The notes under the pieces were generated by a model that did no database searches, was not told where the DNA came from, and saw nothing but the letters and a program-made list of their open reading frames with translations. Below are positions 23,005 to 30,245 of a stretch of 35,227 bases of DNA, piece by piece (the first letter of the stretch is position 1; each line of letters opens with the position of its first letter). The DNA comes from an uncultured Bacillota bacterium. GTDB lineage: Bacteria; Bacillota_I; Bacilli_A; RF39; UBA660. The stretch is taken from the NCBI GenBank assembly GCA_947165195.1, contig CAMUZJ010000002.1:1-35227 (forward strand), in the 5' to 3' direction. Made by a program: the position numbers and the translations under genes.

Positions 23005-23217
23005 AATTAAAAGATGACTCATTCGAAGTAATTATTTTATAGTACTTTATAGAGAGCTTGTGGTAGGTGGAAACAAGTAAAAATAAAATAACGAATTACA
23101 AATGATGATTTTAATCGGATAATTTCCGTTATCAATAAGAGGTAATAGACTATTATTACAAATAAAGGTGGTACCACGAGCAATTCGTCCTTTTGGAGGA
23201 GATTGCTCGTTTTTTTA
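23005..23217 (+). promoter_or_regulatory. T-box leader (tyrosine specifier) controlling DAHP synthase
   Basis: GAUGA/UGAUGA K-turn-like elements sit at the Stem I base. The specifier loop has cgAAGUAa on the 5' side and cGAAu-UAC-A on the 3' side (UAC at 23097-23099), directly before closing helix aauga/ucauu. An AGAGAG bulge lies at 23051-23056. The T-box sequence AAAGGUGGUACCACG is at 23164-23178. The canonical terminator is acgagcaat (23176-23184) paired with attgctcgt (23202-23210) plus U7. Confidence 0.85.
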
Positions 23218-23356
23218 TTTTAGGAGGTGGTTTGTATAGATAGTGACTATTACTATTATAATTACTTCGATGATTGTAATTTAATTAACTATGCAAATTT
23301 TTATCAGAATGGAATAGTTTTGATATCTTAAAAATAAAAATAGAAAGAGGTATTGT

Positions 23357-24088
23357 ATGAAAAATGTAAAAATTATTGCTGGTCCTTGTGCCATTGAATC
23401 AGAGGAGCAAATTATTAGAATAGCAAAACAATTAAAGGAAATAGGCGTTGATTATTTAAGAGGAGGGGCTTTTAAGCCTAGAACGAACCCAGAAAGCTTT
23501 CAAGGTCTTGGAGATAAGGGAATCGAATATTTATTGAAAGCAAAAGAAGAAACAGGACTACCTGTCGTTACGGAATTAATGTCTATTGAACAAGTAAGAA
23601 AATATGCAGATAAAATAGATATTATCCAAATTGGAAGTAGAAATATGTACAATTATGAATTGTTAAAAGAACTAGGAAAGTACGATAAGCCAGTTTTATT
23701 AAAAAGAGGATTAAGTGCTACTTATAAAGAATGGATATCAGCTGCTAAATATATAAATGGTGGAAAGAATGTTATTTTATGTGAACGTGGAATAAGAAGT
23801 TTTGATAATTCTACTAGAAATGTTTTAGATTTACAAGCTATACCCTATATAAAGAAAAATACAAATTATGATATTATTATTGATCCTAGTCATGCTGCTG
23901 GAAATACGTATATGATTGAGCCTATGTCTTTAGCAGCTGTTGCAGCTGGCTGTGATGGATTAATTATTGAAGTACACGATAGACCAGAAGAAGCATTATG
24001 TGATAAAGAGCAAGCAATTGATATGGAATGTATAAAAAGTATTACAACAAAAGCAAAATCACTATGTAAAACTTTGAATAAAAAATAA
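23357..24088 (+). CDS. aroF: 3-deoxy-7-phosphoheptulonate (DAHP) synthase, type I-beta core without regulatory extension
   Basis: It has the [32 protein letters not shown] and LIIEVHD motifs. At 243 aa it shows no fused chorismate-mutase or ferredoxin-like domain. Confidence 0.85.
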   Translation: MKNVKIIAGPCAIESEEQIIRIAKQLKEIGVDYLRGGAFKPRTNPESFQGLGDKGIEYLLKAKEETGLPVVTELMSIEQVRKYADKIDIIQIGSRNMYNYELLKELGKYDKPVLLKRGLSATYKEWISAAKYINGGKNVILCERGIRSFDNSTRNVLDLQAIPYIKKNTNYDIIIDPSHAAGNTYMIEPMSLAAVAAGCDGLIIEVHDRPEEALCDKEQAIDMECIKSITTKAKSLCKTLNKK

Positions 24089-24097
24089 ATAAAATTA

Positions 24098-24128
24098 AAT
24101 ACCAGTTGTTTTATTGGTATTTTTTTTA
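24098..24128 (+). terminator. Intrinsic terminator after the DAHP synthase gene
   Basis: Stem aatacca (24098-24104) pairs with tggtatt (24115-24121), followed by a T-run. Confidence 0.6.
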
Positions 24129-24194
24129 TACATTTGTAGAATGATTTAAAATATGGGATAATTAATTAAGTAATTTAAGGGAGGTAATTTTTAG

Positions 24195-24698
24195 ATGAAG
24201 AGGTATTTTACAACGATTGGTCAAGATAGTCATAAGGTGGAAAATGTAAAAAATAAGCCATTAATGTTAGGAGGAGTAGAATTTGAAAGTGATTTTTCTT
24301 TAGCCGCTAATAGTGATGGGGATGTTGTTTTACATGCTATAACGAATGCTATATCAGGAGCAACTACTTATAATGTATTAGGAAAAGTTGCGGATGAAAT
24401 GTGTAAAAAAGGAGTTACAGATAGTAAAGAATATTTAAAAGAAGCTATGAGTGCTATGAAAAATATTGAAATAGAACATATTTCCATTTCAATTGAAGCC
24501 TTAAAGCCAAAGTTTTCTCCGAAAATAGAATTGATGAGAGAAAATATTGCATCTTTATTAAATATTAGTATGGATAGAGTAGGAATTACAGCAACAACTG
24601 GAGAAGGTTTAACAGAATTTGGAAAAGGTAATGGAATATTTGTTACTGTACTGTTAAGTTGCTGTAAAGAAGAAGAAAATTATATTAAAAGAATTTAA
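24195..24698 (+). CDS. IspF (YgbB)-family protein, divergent
   Basis: IGQDSHK and LAANSDGDVVLHAITNAISGA align with E. coli IspF IGHGFDVH and [20 protein letters not shown]. The segment ITATTGEGLTEFGKGNGI aligns with KATTTEKLGFTGRGEGI. An AGGGAGG RBS precedes the start. Confidence 0.7.
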   Translation: MKRYFTTIGQDSHKVENVKNKPLMLGGVEFESDFSLAANSDGDVVLHAITNAISGATTYNVLGKVADEMCKKGVTDSKEYLKEAMSAMKNIEIEHISISIEALKPKFSPKIELMRENIASLLNISMDRVGITATTGEGLTEFGKGNGIFVTVLLSCCKEEENYIKRI

Positions 24699-24754
24699 GT
24701 AGAAAGAAAGTGTTGCTATAATTTATTTATAAATATAGTGAAAGGAAGATAGAT

Positions 24755-25444
24755 ATGGATGAATTCAATCAAAAAAAGAGAACTTCTAAAGGGTTAATAG
24801 CACTTATTGGTGTTCTTTCTTTATCGGTTGTAGGTATGGGAACATATATCGCATATGATAAGGGCTATATCTTTGGAAAAGATACTCATAGTAGTAGTGA
24901 AAGTGATGATACTACAAAAAAAACAGAGGAAGTTACTGATAATTCTAAGGTTCAAAAAGAAGATATTTCTATATCGGAAGCTATTGAATTAGGACAAAAT
25001 TTATGGGAGTATGCATATGATACTTTTTGGGGAAAAGATACAGTATGGAAAAGACATACTATACCTGGAGAAATGGGTTCCCCTATTGTTTGTGATACAA
25101 CTGCCAATGAAGTTAAAGTTAAGTTTACATCTGATTTTAAGGCTACATCATGTCCTACTGATGGTACTGTGACTGGTGTAGAGTGTGCTACTCTTACTTT
25201 GGATGATTTTACTTCTTTTGGATGTAATTCTCCTGGAAGAGGAGCTATACAAACTTATATTGATACTACTTTAAGTGTTAGTAATATAAGTGAAGATGAA
25301 ATAACTTTTGTTGCAACATCTAATTATTGTAATTCAAGTTGGTGCAGTAATGGAAAAGTGGTTTCTAGTACAGTTAGTAAAGACTTTGTTATTAAAAAAG
25401 TAAATGGAAATTGGCTAATTTCGAATTTTTATATACCAAATTAA
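24755..25444 (+). CDS. Hypothetical membrane-anchored extracytoplasmic protein
   Basis: An N-terminal TM (LIALIGVLSLSVVGMGTYIAY) is followed by a Ser/Thr/Asp-rich linker and a Cys-containing globular part. The RBS is GAAAGGAAG. No family is recognised. Confidence 0.7.
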   Translation: MDEFNQKKRTSKGLIALIGVLSLSVVGMGTYIAYDKGYIFGKDTHSSSESDDTTKKTEEVTDNSKVQKEDISISEAIELGQNLWEYAYDTFWGKDTVWKRHTIPGEMGSPIVCDTTANEVKVKFTSDFKATSCPTDGTVTGVECATLTLDDFTSFGCNSPGRGAIQTYIDTTLSVSNISEDEITFVATSNYCNSSWCSNGKVVSSTVSKDFVIKKVNGNWLISNFYIPN

Positions 25445-25482
25445 AACACAGTCACTTCAATTATTGGAAGTGACTGTGTTTT
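25443..25482. terminator. Strong bidirectional terminator hairpin
   Basis: A 16-bp perfect stem pairs aaaacacagtcacttc (25443-25458) with gaagtgactgtgtttt (25467-25482). It sits exactly between two convergent stop codons, TAA at 25442-25444 and the minus-strand TAA at 25482-25484. Confidence 0.85.
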
Positions 25483-25616
25483 TAGAAGTTGCGATTATTT
25501 CCGTTGTTATTAAATAAGAAGAAAAGAATAAATATAATAATAATTATCCAAATCCAACTTATATTGTTACGATCGTTTTGGCAGCAACAATAAGGTTGAT
25601 ATCCATATCCGTACAT
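25482..25616 (-). CDS. Tiny transmembrane peptide (44 aa), not in the supplied ORF track: MYGYGYQPYCCCQNDRNNISWIWIIIIIFILFFLFNNNGNNRNF
   Basis: I translated it by hand. ATG at 25616 lies 7 nt downstream of GAAAGGAG (minus strand, 25624-25631). It has a single very hydrophobic segment, and its stop abuts the bidirectional terminator. It resembles the Tyr/Gly-rich tiny-TM (YjcZ-like) peptides of Bacillota as I remember them. Confidence 0.55.
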   Translation of the reverse strand: MYGYGYQPYCCCQNDRNNISWIWIIIIIFILFFLFNNNGNNRNF

Positions 25617-25736
25617 ATATATTCTCCTTTCTGTATATTATATTAGAATAGTCTAATTTGTGTTATTGTATTAACCTAAAAATATAAGAATAGGAGTATA
25701 CCCTCATTATTTTATTTCTATTACATAAAATACAAT

Positions 25737-26120
25737 ATGACAAATGAAGAACTAGAAAAAAAATTAAAACAGTTGAATATAGAAGATTTAATATGGCTAA
25801 TTTATATAGGAATCATTATAATGAGTTGGTATTATAATTCATTAGAAAGAAAATATTATGTATATAATGATATAAAAAGTAAGGAAAAATATAGAAAAAT
25901 TATTCAATTAATCTTTTCTATATTAATAGTTGTATATATATACTTTTTAAAAGATGCTTTTGATGATTATAGAAATTTAAAAGAAACAGACTCTTATCAG
26001 AAAAGAAGATTGGTTACTTTATCCTTTATTGGATCATTGTTGATCGCAATTAGTGGTTTTATTTTTCTATATATAGCATTAGTAGATGAAGATTTAAATG
26101 TAGAGTTAGCTTTTAATTAA
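25737..26120 (+). CDS. Hypothetical small membrane protein (about 3 TM segments)
   Basis: It is a 127-aa ORF with three hydrophobic segments. The ATG at 25737 is the only in-frame start after the upstream stop at 25677, but no Shine-Dalgarno precedes it, so translation is uncertain. Confidence 0.5.
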   Translation: MTNEELEKKLKQLNIEDLIWLIYIGIIIMSWYYNSLERKYYVYNDIKSKEKYRKIIQLIFSILIVVYIYFLKDAFDDYRNLKETDSYQKRRLVTLSFIGSLLIAISGFIFLYIALVDEDLNVELAFN

Positions 26121-26168
26121 TATAAGTGTTTATAGAATGATCTTTTGGTTATACTAAAAGTAGTGATT

Positions 26169-26197
26169 TTGACAAGTTATAAACTATATGATATCAT
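26169..26197 (+). promoter_or_regulatory. Promoter of the NlpC/P60 gene
   Basis: TTGACA (26169-26174), a 17-nt spacer, then TATCAT (26192-26197). Confidence 0.6.
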
Positions 26198-26220
26198 TAC
26201 AAGTGCCCAGGAGGTTTTTT

Positions 26221-27249
26221 ATGAATAATAAAGATGAGTCGATTAGGCTTGGAGTAACAATTATTGAATTGGTTTTGATATTGTTAGGTGTTTTGGGATA
26301 TATTATTTTTTATAATTATATTTATACAAAATTAAGTGTAAAAGTGGATACAACAAAAGTCATTGAATATGGTTCTAAAAAATATGATTTAAATGATTTT
26401 ATAGTTAGTAGTAATGGAAATGTAAAAGATATTTTAGATAAGTTGGATACTTCTGTTGTAGGGGAACATACTATTAATGTTATTGTAGAAAAATTTAATA
26501 TTTCAAAAGTAGTTCCTATTTTAGTAAATGTTGTTGATAAGTCTGCACCTGTTATTGAATTGAAAGAAAAGGAAATTACTATAGAACAGGGAGAGGATTA
26601 TGATTTACTAACTAATATATCTTCTGTTACTGATGATGTGGATGGAGATTTAACTTATCAAGTAAAAGAAATAGTAGATGAAAATATAGATATTAATTAT
26701 TATACTGTTCGAAGTGATTTCAATAATGCTTCTGCTGGTAGTTATGAAGTAGAGGTAAAAGCTGTAGATAAATCTAATAACACTAGTATAGAAAAGTTTG
26801 TTATTAATGTAGAAGAACCTGAGCCAGAGCCTGTATTTAAACCTAGCTATTATGCTCCTGCTTTAACGAATGCAAAGGGTAGTGATTTGGTTAATACTGC
26901 TTACTCTTTATTAGGTAGTCCTTATGTTTCTGGTGGTACTACTCCATCAGGATTTGATTGTAGTGGATTTGTGCAATATGTATATGCTTTAAATGGAATT
27001 AGTATTAGTAGAAGCACATATACGCAAGCTAATGATGGTGTAGGAGTAAACTATGAGGATGCACAACCGGGGGATATATTATTATGGGGATATAGTAATG
27101 GTACGATTACACATTCTGCACTATATATTGGAAATGATTTAATGATACATGCTGCTAATCCATCAACAGGGGTTATTCAAAGTAGTATTTCTGGATGGAC
27201 TAGAGGATCAGATGTACAAGTTTTATATGTTAGAAGAGTTGTTTCTTAA
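26221..27249 (+). CDS. Membrane-anchored cell-wall hydrolase: Ig-like (DUF5011-type) domains plus C-terminal NlpC/P60 endopeptidase
   Basis: The start is ATG 26221 after AGGAGG. The NlpC/P60 signature is GGTTPSGFDCSGFVQYVY...HSALYIG...IHA (catalytic Cys and His). The segment DKSAPVIELKEKEITIEQGEDYD...DDVDGDL is typical of Ig-like surface modules. Confidence 0.85.
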   Translation: MNNKDESIRLGVTIIELVLILLGVLGYIIFYNYIYTKLSVKVDTTKVIEYGSKKYDLNDFIVSSNGNVKDILDKLDTSVVGEHTINVIVEKFNISKVVPILVNVVDKSAPVIELKEKEITIEQGEDYDLLTNISSVTDDVDGDLTYQVKEIVDENIDINYYTVRSDFNNASAGSYEVEVKAVDKSNNTSIEKFVINVEEPEPEPVFKPSYYAPALTNAKGSDLVNTAYSLLGSPYVSGGTTPSGFDCSGFVQYVYALNGISISRSTYTQANDGVGVNYEDAQPGDILLWGYSNGTITHSALYIGNDLMIHAANPSTGVIQSSISGWTRGSDVQVLYVRRVVS

Positions 27250-27302
27250 AAAAATTGTATAATTTTAATTTTATTGTTTATCCTATTTTTAGGAGGTAAA
27301 AT

Positions 27303-27506
27303 ATGGAAACTATACAAAAAATTTTATTGGTAATGACAATTGTAGGTGCTCTTAATTGGGGATTAGTTGGATTGTTTGATATGAATCTAGTATCTTCATT
27401 ATTTGGAACTGCAACGTTTATTACTAAATTGATTTATACTTTAATTGCAATCGCTGGTATTGTAAATATAGGTATTTTATTTAATAATATAGAAGAGACA
27501 GACTAG
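27303..27506 (+). CDS. DUF378-family small membrane protein
   Basis: It is 67 aa with the GALNWGLVGLF motif and two TM segments. An AGGAGG RBS precedes the start. Confidence 0.8.
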   Translation: METIQKILLVMTIVGALNWGLVGLFDMNLVSSLFGTATFITKLIYTLIAIAGIVNIGILFNNIEETD

Positions 27507-27599
27507 TTTTTGTCTTTTTTTAATCGTATTTTTCATCCTAATTTTGGAATTAAAAAAAAAGAAAAATGTAGAAATAAAACGAAAAGTTAAGAGATAATC

Positions 27600-27628
27600 T
27601 TGTTATATTTTTTGTAAAATGTTATCAT
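27600..27628 (+). promoter_or_regulatory. Promoter of the (Q-rich protein)-cdaA-cdaR operon
   Basis: TTGTTA (27600-27605), a 17-nt spacer, then an extended -10 TGtTATCAT (27620-27628). Confidence 0.6.
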
Positions 27629-27653
27629 ATTATTAAGAATAGAGGTGTAATTA

Positions 27654-27986
27654 ATGGATTTTGTAATAGTTTTTTTTAGAGATGTATTAGATGGTCCCTT
27701 ATATATAGCTATTGCAGTTATTAACTCTATATTGATATGTTCATGTATAGGCTATTTAGGTGAACAACATCTTAATAGAAAAAAATTACAGGCAGATTTT
27801 AAAAGTACGTATGCTAATATAAATAATAATGCGGTTAGCACTGCAAATGTCGCAGAACAACAACTTCAACAACAGGTAGTTACTCAACAGCCAGTACAAC
27901 AACAAGTTCAGTATGTAGAGCAGACACCTGTTACACAAGTAGTGCAACAGCAACAACCAAATACAACTAATAATCAGGTACAATAA
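27654..27986 (+). CDS. Hypothetical single-pass membrane protein with Gln-rich low-complexity tail
   Basis: An AGAGGTG RBS precedes the start. The TM is LYIAIAVINSILICSCIGYLG. The C-terminal 50 aa are Q/V/T-rich (QQLQQQVVTQQPVQQQVQYVEQTPVTQVVQQQQPN). Its stop lies 17 nt before cdaA. Confidence 0.6.
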   Translation: MDFVIVFFRDVLDGPLYIAIAVINSILICSCIGYLGEQHLNRKKLQADFKSTYANINNNAVSTANVAEQQLQQQVVTQQPVQQQVQYVEQTPVTQVVQQQQPNTTNNQVQ

Positions 27987-28003
27987 TATAGGGAGATGAT
28001 TAA

Positions 28004-28834
28004 ATGTCTATTACAATGACTGATTTTTTTACTATTTTAAGACAATCGATTGATATACTTATTGTTTGGTTTATATTTTATTATATTCTAAAACACGTAA
28101 AAAATAATTTAAAATTAACTTTATTATTTAAAGGGGTATTTTTCATTATTCTTTTGAAAATAGTTAGCCATATATTTGGATTTGTTACTGTTGAATTATT
28201 ATTAGAGTATGTAATTCAATGGGGACCAATTGCTTTAATAGTTATTTTTCAACCAGAAATTAGAACAATACTAGAGCAATTAGGAAGAAGTCAATTACTA
28301 GGAAGGCATAAAGTTCTAACTGTAGATGAACGTGAACGTATGGTTTATGAAATGGTAAATGCTATTGATTACTTAAGAAAAGAAAGAATTGGTGCAATTA
28401 TAGTTATTGAAAGAGATATTAGTTTAGCAAACTATATTGATAAAGCTAAGAAACTATATGCGGATTTATCAAGTGACTTGTTAATCGCTATCTTTTATCA
28501 AGGAAATCCATTACATGATGGTGGGGTAATTATTCAAGGAGATAGAATTACTTGTGCAGGAGCAGTTTTTCCAACAAGTAATAGTCCAAAGATTAATAGA
28601 AGACTAGGAACAAGACATAGAGCAGCTTTAGGACTTGCTGAAGAAACAGATGCTATTTGTATTGTAGTATCAGAGGAAACTGGTAGAGTAAGTATTGCTA
28701 TGAAAGGTGATATGTTATATAACTTAAGTCTTGATGATGTTAGAATGTTACTAATTGATGAATTAAAACCTAAACAAAATGTAGATGAGGATAATTTATT
28801 AGATGAGGAAGAGATATATGAAGAAAATAAGTAG
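28004..28834 (+). CDS. cdaA: Diadenylate cyclase CdaA (DacA), membrane-bound
   Basis: Three N-terminal TM segments precede a DAC domain. The domain contains LHDGGVII (a DGA-motif variant), GTRHRAALG (the RHR motif) and VVSEETGRVSIA. Confidence 0.93.
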   Translation: MSITMTDFFTILRQSIDILIVWFIFYYILKHVKNNLKLTLLFKGVFFIILLKIVSHIFGFVTVELLLEYVIQWGPIALIVIFQPEIRTILEQLGRSQLLGRHKVLTVDERERMVYEMVNAIDYLRKERIGAIIVIERDISLANYIDKAKKLYADLSSDLLIAIFYQGNPLHDGGVIIQGDRITCAGAVFPTSNSPKINRRLGTRHRAALGLAEETDAICIVVSEETGRVSIAMKGDMLYNLSLDDVRMLLIDELKPKQNVDEDNLLDEEEIYEENK

Positions 28835-30173
28835 AGTATTTTTAAAATTATTTAAACTTATTGCATCTATTATAGATAAACTACTAGTTACGCCAATAAC
28901 TAGATTTATTCTATGGTTTATGAACTTATTTGGAAAGAATGCTAAATCTTTTGATAAATTTCTTAGTAAAAAGTCCACTTTATTAGTTGTTAGTTTAATT
29001 CTTGCTTATATAACTTTCTTTATGGTTGATAGAGATTCTAATGCTATATTAGATCAATATGCTGAAATTTTATACGATAAGCCAGTAACTGCTGTTTACA
29101 ATGAAGAGTCTTATGTAGTAGAAGGTTTACCTGAAAGTGTAGATATTACTCTAGTTGGTCAAAAAAGACATATATTTTTAGCAAAACAATCTCCTTCTCA
29201 AGGAGTTTCAGTTGACTTAACTGGATTATCTACAGGAAATCATAAAGTAAAATTAAAATATACACAAGCTTTAAAATCTTTAGATTATAAATTGGATCCT
29301 TCTACGGTTACAGTAACTATTTATGAAAAAGAAAGTAAAACTGCTACTTTATCTTATGATATTTTACATCAGGATAATTTAAATTCTAAATTATATATTA
29401 GTAATATTGAACTTGATAGAACTACTGCTATTATAAAAGGAGCAGAATATAAATTAAAACAAGTTGCTACTGTTAAAGCATTAATAGATGTAGATGCTAT
29501 TCCAAGACAACAGGCTGGAGAATTAACATTGAAAGATGTACCTTTAGCTGCTTATGATACTGCTGGAAATAGAGTAGATGTTGAAATTGTTCCAACAAAT
29601 GTAACAGCTAAACTAACAATTACTTCACCAAGTAAAAAAGTTCCTGTAAAAGTAGTTCCAACTGGTACATTGGCATTTGGTAAATCTATTAAATCTTTAA
29701 CGACAGATGTTTCTACGATTACTATTTATGGTACACAAGCAGCAATTGATTCAACAGAGCAAATAGAAGTTCATGTTGATGTTGATAAATTAGATAAAGA
29801 TAAAACGTATAAAGTTACATTGAAAAAACCATCTGGTGTAACAGAGTTAAGCAATAAAACAATTACGGTAAATGTAAATATTGATAACTCAATTACCAAA
29901 GAATTTGAAAACGTAGCCATAGTAACAGAAAATCTTGATCCTAAATATAAAGTTCAAGCTTTAACAGAAGAGGATAGACAAGTAACTGTTGTTGTTAGTG
30001 GTAGTGAAGAAACTGTTAATAAGGTAGATATTTCTTCTATTCATCCATATATTGATTTATCGAACTATGGAGAAGGAACTCATGAAGTAGAAGTAAAAGT
30101 CTCTGGAGATGATCTAAAACTAGGATATTCTTCTAAGACTAAGAAAGTAACTGTTGTTATTTCCGCAAAATAG
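28818..30173 (+). CDS. cdaR: CdaA regulator CdaR (YbbR-repeat protein)
   Basis: The start is ATG 28818 after GAGGAAGAG, overlapping the cdaA end by 17 nt. An N-terminal TM is followed by four repeated beta-rich YbbR-like modules (V..V.....V.V.G....L pattern). Its position directly after cdaA supports the call. Confidence 0.85.
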   Translation: MKKISRVFLKLFKLIASIIDKLLVTPITRFILWFMNLFGKNAKSFDKFLSKKSTLLVVSLILAYITFFMVDRDSNAILDQYAEILYDKPVTAVYNEESYVVEGLPESVDITLVGQKRHIFLAKQSPSQGVSVDLTGLSTGNHKVKLKYTQALKSLDYKLDPSTVTVTIYEKESKTATLSYDILHQDNLNSKLYISNIELDRTTAIIKGAEYKLKQVATVKALIDVDAIPRQQAGELTLKDVPLAAYDTAGNRVDVEIVPTNVTAKLTITSPSKKVPVKVVPTGTLAFGKSIKSLTTDVSTITIYGTQAAIDSTEQIEVHVDVDKLDKDKTYKVTLKKPSGVTELSNKTITVNVNIDNSITKEFENVAIVTENLDPKYKVQALTEEDRQVTVVVSGSEETVNKVDISSIHPYIDLSNYGEGTHEVEVKVSGDDLKLGYSSKTKKVTVVISAK

Positions 30174-30192
30174 GATTTTGCCTATTTTTTTT
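30167..30192 (+). terminator. Intrinsic terminator after cdaR
   Basis: Stem aaaatagg pairs with cctatttt, followed by a T-run. The cdaR stop codon lies inside the stem. Confidence 0.65.
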
Positions 30193-30245
30193 GGAATAAT
30201 TTTATTTAGACCTCATATGTTTTATTAGAATGTTTGGGGTGAAAT

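Noticed and set aside
23232-23243. A mini-ORF (TTG-TAT-AGA-TAG) follows a strong SD-like UAGGAGGUGG after the T-box terminator.
   Set aside because: At three codons it is too short to call as a gene. I kept it only as part of the spacer observation in the findings.
27493-27520. A possible terminator follows the DUF378 gene (agaca...tgtct plus a T-run).
   Set aside because: It has only a 5-bp stem with a 10-nt loop. That is too weak to list as a feature, although the T-run suggests some termination may occur there.
27786-27983. A 65-aa minus-strand ORF lies opposite the Gln-rich tail.
   Set aside because: It is the reverse complement of CAA/CAG repeats, which yields Leu-rich nonsense. The plus-strand ORF has the RBS and a TM domain.
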